Of a DNA stretch of 64,000 nucleotides, positions 51,812-62,800 are shown piece by piece (the first letter of the stretch is position 1; each line of letters starts with the position of its first letter). Made by a program: the position numbers and the translations under genes. Origin of the DNA: Podarcis filfolensis (lineage: Eukaryota); NCBI GenBank assembly GCA_964270895.1, contig OZ185436.1, one strand, 5' to 3'. The notes under the pieces were generated by a model that did no database searches, was not told the origin of the DNA, and saw only the letters and a list, made by a program, of their open reading frames with translations.

Positions 51812-54800
51812 ACACACACACACACACACACACACAGTTGTAATTTCACTGTATGCAGCTTGGTTGCCTCATTCTCCTCTTTTGTATGCTCAATGTACTT
51901 AAAATATTTTTATCCCACCTGTCCCATACTTCAAGGTGATTTACAACATATTTAGGACTAAATTATTAAACAAACCACACTAAAAATAAGTCCAGTGAGT
52001 GATCAGGAAGCAGTTAATGTTGAAGCACTGGAGGCTAACCATTGTGGTTCTGATCAAATCCCTTGGATGAGAAATCACTGGGAGCCCCGTGTTAGAACAA
52101 TATATTAAGTATAATAAATAATTTTTAAAGAAACAACCAATCACCATTAAGAACAATTAATTTTTTTAAAAAGCAATAAAAATCCCAACCAATCTGCAAC
52201 TGCGTTTCCTTAATATGGCTGTGTATGGTCTTCAACCCTGTATACTCATGAACTAAAAATTCCCAGTTCAAATGTCATCTTAGTATTATGAACTCACTTT
52301 GTAGCATTATGACAGTCACTCTCCCCCACAGCTGTAACATGCAGATAATAATACTAGCCTGCCATATAGGGTTATCATATGAATGACTAAGATGCTGCAT
52401 GCATAGTGCTTTGTGGAGCTTGGAAAATTTGCTATATAGCAGCCAAAATTAACATGTGGCATTTAAGGCCTATCTAAGCTTCCCCCTTTGAAAAATGCTT
52501 GGGCCTTTTGCCCTTTCCAGTGAAAGTCAGTCACAGAGATTCACCAGGACTATTGCATATGTAAGCAGGGAACTCCATACCAGCCTGGGGCTTGTGGGCA
52601 GGAGGCTGCCCTTCTTCAGCAGCTCTGAAAGCAGAGGAGAAGGAGGCGGAGTTGCTTTCTGTCCTAGCATCTTTTTCTGGGCTGAATCATCTGTGACTGG
52701 GGTCATGGGGGCATCCAGGGAGGTGGAGCCTATAGGGGTGTCAGGGATCCCAATGAAGGAGGCAACTGGGGTGCTGGGCAATGTCCCTGGAGTTACCTGA
52801 GAAAGAGAAAAACCACACTGTTCAATGCCACATCCTCATCATCCTGACAAGTCCCAATCACCCCTCCCACCGGGGCCAATGACCAAGCATACCCCAAGCA
52901 CCTCCTCCATCACTCTTGCTCCCCTCAGCCCTTTGTGTACCTCCACCTCTTCAGACCTACACTAGCAGTTACCACCAAAGTGCATTTCAACCTTTTGCCA
53001 CACAGCACAAAGCAGGCTTTGTTCTCTGGAAAAGGTTGCATGCAAGCTATCAACATTATAAAAGAAAAAAAGGGGGGGCAAGAAGTCTGGGAAAACTGCA
53101 GAGAGACCTATAGGGTCTCAATGGTTTCTCATTCTTGCCATATCCTTACCCCTGGACTAGCCTCTTCCAACGTGGGTTGAGATAAGTCACCGAGACTGTA
53201 GTCTGCTCCTGGCGAGGTTGAGCCTGCAGGAGAACGGACCATAATTCCTGGAGGTCTTCGTGATGTGTTCTTAACTGCCTGACGAGCTGGAAAATGCCGA
53301 AAATTCAGTCAAGAAGTTCAAAGAATCACCTTGATAAATAAGAAATCTCAGCACAAGATGAAATGATCCCCAAAACACCATCACAAACATTCTTGGTGCT
53401 AATGAATTCCTGCTGTTTCTCCCAGCATAAAGAATCAGAATACGCAACTGGTAGCAAATTCTTCCTCAGTGGCTTATTCATCACTAATCCAGGCAGCTTT
53501 CTTACTTCATCTCTTTTTCTGTTAAAAGAATCTCTCTGGAATTTTGCCTTCCCTCAGGATTCTTGCACCAAAACCTGGCATCTAAAACTGAGGACAGTCT
53601 TTTAAGAAGGGAGAGGCTTCTGAAAATCATACACTGTCTTCCACTTCACAAAGGGAAGACTGAGGAAATCAGGCTGACCCAATCCATCTACCTGTAGACT
53701 TATTTCTTCCTCTCAGCTCAGTTGCACCACTAAACATGTTCACCTCCAGGAGTTTGGTTCTATGGGATCAAAAACTGGCTTCCAACTAACCTTGATAAGC
53801 AGCATCTGTAGCCTTTCTCTTCACTTCTGCCTCCTCCTCTTCCATTCTTTTCTTCCTGAAAAAAATAACCAAGTTCAATGTTACACTAGGCTATTGGGTG
53901 CAAAACGGAGGTGCTTCCCATGGATGTGTTAGACAGATATCCACAGTCCCTAATATAATAACTGCTCACAATTAAGCCCCGAGGCAGGCTTTTCAGCCAA
54001 GACCTTAAAAATGTCAGGCCAGATATCAGGACCATTTCCCAATAATGCCCTCAAAGCTCTACTTCAAAAGCCACAAGGCCTTGCAAGCCAGGGGATGAGG
54101 GAGAGAAAGTGAGCAAATGCTACAAAGCTTGGGCAATTGCACCACATGGGGTAATGATGCCATAAAGCCAAGAAGCGTCAAGTTCAATCATTTCGTTGCA
54201 ATGCTAAGAACTAAATCTGAAGGCTCAGATATGAAGTCCCAGAAAGAAAGAAAGAAATGCTGTAGCAGGGAAATAATAAGATAACCCACACCACAATGTC
54301 ATTGCACAGTTCCTCCAGCCTATGGTCCATGTGCCCTGCCTGGATCAGTTCTGCATCCCTCTTCAGCTGCCTGTAGAGACAACACAGATAGGTTTGATCC
54401 ATGTTATCATTATTCACATGTCCTGAAGCAACCAGGGTTTTCAAGAGCTCCAGACTCCAAAAAAATCTGATAGGTACCTGTACTTTTCCTGCGTCTCCTT
54501 AATCATCTTCTTTAACTCCTCAACCCGTTCTGCTGTCAGTTTTCTCACAATTACATCTTCCACAGTTTCTACCACTTCTCCCTTCTCACCACGCTTTCTT
54601 CTACACAAAAAAGGAGAAAACAATCTAGCAACCAGTAATGGCTTTCAATCTTCCCATACACAGCACCTTTTGCTCTCACATATCCCACCTTATTCTTCCT
54701 TGTTCCAATTATCTCTTTCCCACTTTTGCTATTCTGCAACTCAGTGGAAATGCAATCTTAAAAAGATCACAACAGCCTAAGTATCGGCCAGCCACTCTGG

Positions 54801-57800
54801 AAATTTGTATGGGAAATTGCAAGAAGCCTACCTTCCCAAACATTGTACATTGTACAATTTATAGGGACTGAAACATAAATAAAAAGAAGAAATGATTCAG
54901 TCACAAGACACAATAATATATATGAAAAAGTGTTTGGCTTCTAAAGCTGAGCAACTTTTGCAGATTTAAACATCCTACTGCTCTTTCCCGGGGAATGATG
55001 TCGAACTGACCCCCAAGTAAAGCACAGGTTACAAAAATATGAGAAAGACATCTACTCCCCAAACCAGAATGCCTGAGCTAATCCAGAATCCACTGCATTT
55101 CAAACTGGCCTCATTGCTGTCATTTGATGGCAATGGGCCTGATTGCTCCAGCAGCATTCTGTCTGCCCCCCACCTGGCCAGCATGAGCTATGGGTCTGGA
55201 TGGAGCTAGATGAGATTGTGGCTGTGTCCTTCTTTCGTGTTTTGTGACTACTCAGCCAGGGTTTGGATTGTTCTGCCAGTGAATTATCTTTCTTTGTAAA
55301 CAAATCACTTAGCTTAGGGTAAAGTATGCAAGTTACTATAATTTCTGGGAGCCAGACTTAAAAAGAAAGATGGTCAGGAAGCAGCGTTTCAGGTACTTTC
55401 GTATGCTGTGTTCAAACTGTCATTCTTCTTCAGTTCTCAAATAGTCTATAACACAGTAGTTTACCATTACACAGTATCTTCCTTGCAATGTGAAGTCCTG
55501 CCCTGTCCCACCCCACTCAAAGAGATGGTTTGGCCTTTGAACTCACTTTGGGGTCTCTGTGGTCTCCAGAAGCTCAGAATATTGTGATGCACAATGCTAA
55601 AAAAAAAGATAATAAAAGTGCATACAGATTTCAGAAGATAAATCACAACAGACAGCACTAAGAATCTGAGTTGAGACAAAAACTTGGGGTAGTTTATATA
55701 ACACACATTCCACATATTAAAGCTGTTTCCAGATATGTGGGCTAGGAAATATACTTTCCTGGCAAATGATTTAAAACATGTTTTACGCATTTAACGTGCG
55801 ATAGATCCTTACAGGGAGTCCCCTGAACAGGTATTCCCCATAGGTGAAATGAAAGCCTATTATGATGTGAAATTTAAGCACCCTACCTTTTGGGAAAACC
55901 AATCAGGTGGGCGGCCTGGCTCTGCAAAGGGTTTGATGGCTCTGCTGACAGACACCCTAGAGAATAAGAAGAAAGTTTCAAGATCTTCCCTCCTTTGCTG
56001 GGCAAAATATAGTGGGGAAGGTTTGGTCACCAGTTGATTGGACTGGGGAAACTTTGACCCACAGACAATACAGTGGTACCTCAGGTTAAGTACTTAATTC
56101 ATTCTGGAGGTCTGTTCTTAACCTGAAACTGTTCTTAACCAGAAGCACCACTTTAGCTAATGGGGCCTCTCGCTGCGCCGCCGTGTTTTGAGAAACCCAT
56201 CTCCCACATCTGGATTTTGTTTAAAGAAACCCCAGCATCAAGTGGGTGGTTAGAAACAGTCAAAGGTCAAAGGCCTATAGCACGTCTTATCCCCTCCCCT
56301 TTCTCTAGGAATGTGTGTATGTGCAGTGGTATAAAGCCAAGGCTGGATTCAGCACCATTTGCACGAGTGTGAGCTTTTATCATCTTGGTGGATGTTACAT
56401 GTTGTATGGTAAAGTATAGCATGGTGAGATAGCATGGTAAAGTGCTAGTGGATCTGTCTGCAAACTTGGATCATTACTAGGTTTATCTCTAAGATCAGAG
56501 AACTGCTTTGTAGTTGATAAGTTCATGATGTAGCAGCATCTCTTAAAGTTTTTGTAAGTAGTGTGCCTATGCTTGTCTTGTGCTGTGAGACAATAAACAC
56601 ATTACACTTTGAACTGAACTGTGTGAGAAAGGAGTTTTCTTAACAGGGAACTCTAGAAAATACTGACTACTGGAAGGTAAGAAGACTTTGAAGTTCTTCT
56701 GTACGACTCTGCTGGAGCTGTGCATACTCTGCTCACTGCACTGGTCAAAGTGTGGTATAATATCAACAACATATGGTGGGCCCAATATAACAGGTTATGG
56801 GCCAACTGACTTACGAGTCTAACCACCTGTAGCCCATATTTGGAGCTAGAAAGAGTGGTTGACTTTGCTGCTGTGCAGCTAAGATACCACCACCACCCTG
56901 CCTTGTAGGTTTTGTACTTACAGTTCCATGACTGGAAGGATGATGCTAAATACACTTGCAAGAGGATAACAGAACACTGGCAAGCAGAAACATGAAATCC
57001 TCCTGAACTATTAACAGCTTGCCAGAAAACTACCCCGAGTTCAGCTCTGAGACCCTTAGAGATATTCACACGGTCCCCAAAAACAGCTTCCCCCATCTTG
57101 AACCTCTATATAAAATCACACCTTCATCCTTCTAAATCAGTTTTTCATTGGAAGCCCAAATTATCCAGTTGTCAGTATTACTATTTGGTGTTAACAATCA
57201 TCTCAACTACTACTACTACATATGAATAATGACACAGTGCAGATGTAGATACCTGCTCACTTTTCTATTAAAGCCCATTTCCTAAACCATTTCTCCCCTT
57301 TTTTCACCAGCGTATATTGTTGACTATATATTTAGAATTATATTTTGAAATTATTTGACACAAGATTATTTTAGCATAGTTGACTATGTAATATGCAGCT
57401 GGGTTATATGTCCAAGCTCATTGGCTAATGTCTAGAAAATCCCTTCTCAGTAGGACTTTGGTATGCTTCCTAGTCTTGCAATCCTACAATTCTGTTTTTA
57501 ACAATTTTTCCAACACATGCAAAGTTAGGATCACAAAGGGCATTCAATTACTTCTTGTGTTTGGAATAAGAGCCATCACAAATCAATTGAGGGTTCTTTA
57601 TGACTTATGTAATACAGTTAAACAATATACATTCAAAGTGTTGGTGTTGACCTTTAAAGCCCTAAACGGCCTTGGCCCAGTTTACCTGAAGGAGCGTCTC
57701 CACCTCCTTCTGGTGGTTCCCTCATTGCAAGAATTAAAGCTACAGGGAACCCGGCAGAGGGCCTTCTCGGTAGTGGCGCCCTCCCTGTGAAACACCCTCC

Positions 57801-58842
57801 CATCAGATGTCAAAGAGTGCTACTTGACAACTACCTGACATTCAGAAGACATCTAAAGGCAGCCCTGTTCAGGGAAGTTTTTAATGTGTGACATTTTAAT
57901 GTATTTTTAATCTTTGTTGGAAGCTGCCCAGAGTGGCTGGGGAAACCCAGCCAGAAGGGCGGGGTACAAATAATAAATTATTATTATTAAACTATGTTAC
58001 AAGGCATAGCAGGAACTGTATTTAGCAACAGTTTTTATGTAGCCAACAGTTATATCCGTTTCTTACCAGTTTTGGTCTCCACTCCGCATGACTGAAGAAG
58101 CCAAACAAAGTTTTTCCCGGATAGACCATGGCTCTGTAGGCCCAGCACTCAGCAACTTGTGCTCTGATGTGGAAAAAGATAAACATTACAGTGTTGCAAC
58201 ATGCCCACACAGTTAAAAAGAACCCTCAAACTAAAATTAAATCTATCTCAATCCATGCTGCTTTTAAAAGTTTGGTTTTCAAGCCCCTACACCCTCCATG
58301 CCCCACCACAAACAGCCACACCAAAAGTCAATTCAATGAAAAGTCTACTGGTAACAACTGAGTGGCAGAGAATATATGTTGCATGCAAAAAGTCACAGGG
58401 TCAATTTCCTGTTAACCTCAGGAAACATTCCCATCTGAAACCCTGAAGAGGTGCCTTCATTTAGTGGTAGGGAAGATTCCTTTCTGAAGCCCTGGAAAGT
58501 CACTGTCAGTCAGTATGAACAATAAATAAGCCGTTTGTCTGGCTAAGCATAAGGCCTTTTACTACCTCCTATGCCCGTTATTCCCGGGTACCTCAGCTAA
58601 GGAGAAAACTGACCTGTCATCGGAGGCCTTTTAGTCAAGCCACCTCCCAACCAACCCTTCTTAAAGTCATGTTAAAAGTTGCCTGACACCTGACACAACA
58701 AACGAAGCTTCGCTCAACCAAGCAACGGGCATCCTTCTCTAGTTTTTTTTTTATGGCGGGGCCAACCCTAGCTCCCCTCACCGCGCCACGTCCCTCCTTC
58801 CCCAAAGAAAGACCCCCACTCACTACCCGTCCCCGCCGCCAT
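29840..58842 (-). CDS. BRD8: BRD8 long isoform with two bromodomains; about 1354 aa if spliced 40445 to 35624
   Basis: Short-isoform exons through 40445-40489, then 35325-35624, 34460-34933, 33971-34101, 32948-33037, 31549-31617, 29840-30074 (1299 nt, GT-AG, in frame). MGHVWTWLES, LRFLSE|VTHLMEPLCI, LSQDDPLQQHLLFKKTLL and PFLKPVSEKQAPGYKDVVKR match the human long-isoform C-terminus; the 474-nt exon is less certain. Confidence 0.8.
30700..31220 (-). mobile_element. L2 LINE ORF2 reverse-transcriptase fragment, decayed
   Basis: Minus-strand LNPFQSGFRLGYGTESSL, SAAFDTIVH-like motif and HQYTYDTQLYFS (degenerate YADD) with frameshifts. Confidence 0.8.
31965..32150 (+). mobile_element. tRNA-derived SINE
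   Basis: A-box GGGCTGTAGCTCAATGG head; same tail as 29087 and 35944. Confidence 0.75.
35944..36132 (+). mobile_element. tRNA-derived SINE
   Basis: GTGGCTCAATGGCAGAGC A box; AAGGCAGCTTCCAATGTTCCT tail. Confidence 0.7.
37841..37846 (-). terminator. Probable poly(A) signal of the BRD8 short isoform (second AATAAA at 37773-37778)
   Basis: AATAAA about 1.24 kb after the stop at 39084 with U-rich downstream sequence on the minus strand. Confidence 0.6.
39084..58842 (-). CDS. BRD8: Bromodomain-containing protein 8 (NuA4/TIP60 subunit), short p120-type isoform; 22 exons, 941 aa
   Basis: Exons 58824-58842, 58067-58163, 55887-55956, 55547-55596, 54478-54600, 54290-54370, 53791-53855, 53150-53286, 52581-52796, 50547-50691, 48367-48576, 47649-47929, 46890-47324, 46110-46203, 45943-45989, 44550-44755, 44102-44194, 42646-42714, 42202-42379, 41774-41878, 40445-40489, 39084-39143; sum 2826 nt in frame. 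GPTEPWSIREKLCLASSVMRSGDQNW, bromodomain YANVFLQPVTDDIAPGY...PMDLSTIKKNIENG...AVMYNSSDH, end DGGTRGRRCAIEADMKMKK*. Confidence 0.96.
41007..41038. repeat. (TTGG)8 microsatellite
   Basis: Direct reading. Confidence 0.95.
43529..44064. mobile_element. Older hAT MITE in a BRD8 intron
   Basis: Ends CGGGGGTAGGGAAC / GTTCCCCATTCCTG; TSD TCCTACAT vs TTCTACAT (7 of 8); internal TTTGACAGGT inverted repeat shared with 10588-10918. Confidence 0.65.
50030..50137. mobile_element. Penelope-like element terminal-repeat remnant with inverted partial copy and degenerate hammerhead motif
   Basis: TTCCAGTCGCACCTTAGAGACCAACTAAGTTTGTTCTT...CACACTTCTTCAGATA resembles the reptile Penelope terminus (recall); inverted arms 50058-50088 and 50106-50137. 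Confidence 0.75.
51771..51836. repeat. (TG)19-TA-(CA)13 self-complementary compound microsatellite
   Basis: Direct reading. Confidence 0.95.
56071..56184. mobile_element. Truncated Tc1/mariner (Tigger-like) MITE in BRD8 intron 2
   Basis: TA-CAGTGGTACCTC left TIR and internal match to 27252-27487; right end missing. Confidence 0.8.
57631..57988 (+). mobile_element. L2-clade LINE 3' fragment
   Basis: FKVLVLTFKALNGLGPVYLKERL ORF2 end, shared 3' UTR and (TTA)n tail. Confidence 0.88.
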
Positions 58843-59093
58843 CTTCCCCAAGACGCCAACAAGCGCGATGCTTGCTGGGAAACCTGCTCCGAGGAGGAAG
58901 GAGAGGGCGGCATTTATTCCTCAAAGTCGCTTTTCTACTGGATGATGGCAGAGCTGGCCGACCAATGGGGTGACCGGAAACAAGGTCTTTCCCTCCCTTT
59001 GAGCTCTATGGTTGCCTTCCCAGAGTTCCTTGCTCTGGGAGGCTCAGGAGCGGAAGTGGCTGCACGTGGGTCCGCGTTCTTTCGGCGGCAAAG
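58843..59093. promoter_or_regulatory. BRD8/NHP2 bidirectional CpG-island promoter
   Basis: Divergent ATGs (58842 minus, 59094 plus) separated by 251 bp; CCAAT 58962-58966, ETS/GABP CGGAAGT 59051-59057, E-box CACGTG 59063-59068. Confidence 0.85.
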
Positions 59094-60756
59094 ATGGGCA
59101 AAGCCAAGCACCAGGAGTCGAGGGAAGAGCCGGAGCCCGAGGCGACCCCGGAGAAGTCGTACCACGAGCTGGTGGAGAACGTGAACGCCATCGCGCGGCC
59201 TCTGGCCTCCCGCAAGTTGACGCGCAAGTTGTACAAGTGCATCAAGAAAGGTGCGCGTGCAGGACGGGGAGGGGAGGGGAGGGGAAGGAGGGCGGTCCGG
59301 CTTTCGCGGGCGGTGGGGGCTCCGTCCAACAACCCTTGCTGGAAACTCCCGTTTGACTTGCAGCATCGAAGCAGAAGCAGATCCGGCGTGGGGTGAAAGA
59401 GGTCCAGAAATTCATCAACAAAGGCGAGAAGGGGTAAGAACTCCGCGCCGTTGCGACGCGATGTGCCTTCTTTCTCTCTCCGTGCCGCTGCCTGACGCTA
59501 GCAGTTCAGATCTTGAATTCGGAGCCAGTCTTGTTCGCTAGGCCTGGTCCCTACTCTCGCCGTGTTAGGAAATCCTCTTTCTGTCTGTCTGTCTGTCTAT
59601 CTATCTATCGGAGAGAGATATAGACACGCAGTTATGTGTTGTTTAGACACACAAAGCTTTGAATCAGTAGATGACATTTTCTGAGATGTTCCGGGTCGTA
59701 AGCTTTCAAATAATCCTCAGCTAGTTTATAATCCTGTGATTCTGTTGGTGCAAGAGACAAAGGGACTGAAGGGACTGCTTTTAGTGCAGTCATTGCCAAA
59801 CTGGTGCCTTCCAGCTATTTTGGCTACAGCTCAGGGCCCCAGCCAGCACAGCTGAAGGGCACCTTATTGGCGAAGGCTGTGCTAATACAAGGGTGGGGAA
59901 GCTTTATATTCCATCTCCTCTTAGTCACAGCTAGCATAGCTAATTTTCAGGGATTATCAGATTTGTAACATTTGAAGGCCTTCATCCTTGAAGGCATCAT
60001 CACCAGAGAAACAATCTGGTTGTGTGTGAGAATGAGTAAACCTGTATTACAATATCAAATATTTGGAAAGATTCATAATATATCTGTTTTAATATATCTG
60101 TTTTGTTGTCTTCTCTACTTGCATTGCTCTGGTCTTATTTTTGTTGCTGATGCTGCATTGTCTGTCTCTCTTAGGATCACAGTTCTTGCAGGAGACACAC
60201 TTCCTATTGATGTTTATTGCCACATTCCCATTATGTGTGAAGACAGGAGCCTTCCATATGTCTACATCCCTTCCAAAACGGTAATGTAGGGTGGGGAAGT
60301 AGAAGAAAGGGATTCTCTCTTTCTGTGGATCTAGAGTGGAAACTGTATGTAGAGTTGGAAATGACCAGGATTCTAACATCGTTTTGTTTCCATGCTACTA
60401 TTAAAATATGGCTTCCATTTCTTGTAGAATTTTTATTCTTCACCATAGACCTGCATCCTGATAAGGAACAGAAATCTTGGTTATTCTAGAAGAGCAGTTT
60501 CACGCAGCTGGCATTTATATAATTTCTCCATGTGAATTGGTACATGGTCCGTTTGCTGCTTAAAGTAAAAAAGGTAAACTTGTATGTGAATTAGGAAACT
60601 GAATGCTGCTTTCCTATTTTTTTCTTTCAGGACTTGGGAGCAGCTGCAGGTTCAAAGCGACCAACGTGTGTGATCATGATCAAGCCCCATGAGGAATATC
60701 AGGAAGCCTATGATGAGTGTATGGAAGAGGTGGAGGCTCTTCCCCTCCCTCTGTGA
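59094..60756 (+). CDS. NHP2: H/ACA snoRNP and telomerase subunit NHP2 (L7Ae family); 4 exons, 152 aa
   Basis: Exons 59094-59250, 59364-59433, 60175-60280, 60631-60756; sum 459 nt. IARPLASRKLTRKLYKCIKKA, QIRRGVKEVQKFINKGEKG, LAGDTLPIDVYCHIPIMCED, DLGAAAGSKRPTCV. Confidence 0.98.
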
Positions 60757-60996
60757 AGAACATCAGTAAGAGATGCTACTAAGACTGACAAACAGGCACT
60801 TGCCTGGGCAGTAGCTTGACCCTGATTTTAGAGGAGCCGTGCAAGGAAGAGAATACTGCAATTGGCACTGTCACCAGCCCTGTGGCTCATACCCGCTTCA
60901 AGGGCCAGATATTAAGCAACTTTTTTAGAAAGAAGTTATTGACTTGTCTTGCAGCAAGGGAAGTTTCTGAAGCTTGGGGGCGGGGGAGGCGGAGAG

Positions 60997-61011
60997 ATTA
61001 AACTCATTAAA
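60997..61011 (+). terminator. Probable NHP2 poly(A) signals (tandem ATTAAA)
   Basis: ATTAAA at 60997-61002 and 61006-61011 followed by GU-rich TGTAATGTTGTGTAGTGT. Confidence 0.65.
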
Positions 61012-61561
61012 ACACTTGTAATGTTGTGTAGTGTCTATTACAACACACTATTTACCCCTACATACCACAACTTATCCTTGACAAGGTGAAGTGTTCACCA
61101 ACTTTTACATTCTTCCACTTGAAGTAGATACATAAATGATTTTTAAATTTAATGTGTAAGTTGATCAATCCACATATGGTAGAGAAACTGCAATATCCCT
61201 GTTTTGGCAGGGCAGGTGGTGGCAGTGGGTGTTTTTTCTCCCTTCAGCAGTGTCCGTCCCATTTATTTCAGTGTGAGAGCTGGCATAGTTTGTTCCCTAG
61301 GCTGGGGCAACAGGAGAACTTTGGGGCTTGTAGGTCCACAGCTTCTCCCTTTTAAACATCCTTGGACTTTTAAAAGAAGCACCACCTGTGGAACTTTTCA
61401 GTCTCCTGAGAGGAGGATCTCAAGGTCAGCTTCTCTGCCCTTGAGAGATGCCCCCTACCTCAAAAGAAATAGCACCTCTGAGATGCCCTTCCAGGGACCA
61501 TAGAAGTGTAGCCTTAGTTAGCCTCCAGCTATTTCCCTTCTCCAGTCTTATGTAATCTAGA

Positions 61562-61760
61562 CCACTGTGGTGTGGTGTGTTGGACTAGGGCCTGGGAGTT
61601 CAGAGTTCAAATCCCCACTTGCCATTAAGTTCACTGAGTGACCTTGGACTAGTAGTCACTGCCATCAGGCTAATCTACCTCATAAGGTTGTTGTGTTTAT
61701 GGGGAGGGAAAGCCGTGTATGCCACCTCGAGCGCCTTAGAGGAAAGGTGGGATATATATT
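61562..61760 (+). mobile_element. MIR/CORE-type SINE, degenerate
   Basis: GGTTCAAATCC-like B box (GAGTTCAAATCC), GAGTGACCTTGG and CTACCTCATAAGGTTGTTG core-like motifs. Confidence 0.6.
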
Positions 61761-61762
61761 TA

Positions 61763-62248
61763 CCGTATTTTCTGCTCTATAGGACGCACTTTTTCCCCCT
61801 CCAAAAATGAAGGGGCAATATGTGTGCGTCCTATGGAGTGAGTGCAGGCTCCTTGGCTTCAGCGATAGCAACGCGAAGCCTCCAAAGCGCAGAGGAAGCA
61901 CTCCCTCTGCGCTCCGGAGGCTACGCGTTGCTTTCGCTGAAGCCTGGAGAGCAAGAGGGATAGCCGCCTGAAGCCTTTGGAGTGTAGCGGGAACTCGTGC
62001 TGTGCTCCAAAGGCTTCAGTTTCCTTTTGCTGAAGCCGAGAGAGCAAGACTCTCCTGGCTTCAGCAGAGAGGGAGAGCTGCACAGCACCCCTTCAGCCAA
62101 GCGGGAGGAGAAATGGAAGGGGCTCAGTTTCTCCTGCCGCTTTGCTGAAGGGGCGCTGAGCAGAGAGAGGGAATTTTTTTCTTGTTCTCCCCCTCTAAAA
62201 CAAGGTGCGTCCTATGGTCGGGTGCATCCTATAGAGTGAAAAATATGG
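61763..62248. mobile_element. Tc1/mariner (pogo/Tc2-like) MITE, 486 bp
   Basis: 27-bp TIRs CCGTATTTTCTGCTCTATAGGACGCAC / GTGCATCCTATAGAGTGAAAAATATGG with TA on both flanks; long internal hairpins. Confidence 0.88.
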
Positions 62249-62317
62249 TAATAAAATAAAAATAAATAATACAAGTAAACACAGAATGCATGGTGAAGGG
62301 AGATGGACAGTTCCGAT

Positions 62318-62599
62318 AAGTCCAGCGGCAAGGGCCTTCTGGTGGTTCCCTCGCTGCAAGAAGCCAAGTTACAGGGAACCAGGCAGAGGGCCTTCTCGGT
62401 AGTGGCACCCGCCCTGTGGAACGCCCACCCACCAGATATCAAAGAGAAAAACATCTACCAGACTTTTAGAAGACATCTGAAGGCAGCCCTGTTTAGGGAA
62501 GCCTTTAATGTTTGACGGACTGCTGTATTTTAATATTTTGTTGGAAGCCACCCAGAGTTAATGGGGAAACCCAGCCAGATGGGCGGGGTATAAATAATA

Positions 62600-62647
<48 letters not shown>

Positions 62648-62661
62648 TACTACTACTACTA
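62318..62661 (+). mobile_element. L2-clade LINE 3' fragment ending in (TTA)15(CTA)5
   Basis: Same family as 19736 and 57631; microsatellite at 62602-62661. Confidence 0.88.
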
Positions 62662-62800
62662 CACTTGTGTAAGAGTTTTGCTCTGCTGGGAGTCTTTAAA
62701 AGCAATATTGTCAAGAACGTGTCTACTTTAAGGAAAATGTTTCATTTTTGTTCTAAATATATCAACACCAAAAACCATACACAAGTTTGCTGAAAAGAAA

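Noticed and set aside
56653-57096. 147-aa ATG-initiated ORF in BRD8 intron 2, same strand as BRD8
   Set aside because: No recognisable homology or coding-like composition, and not needed for the BRD8 frame; would need ribosome profiling or conservation to revive.
2229-60756. U12-type (minor spliceosome) introns in the four genes
   Set aside because: No donor has the RTATCCT signature; all are GT-AG except the one GC-AG in KIF20A.
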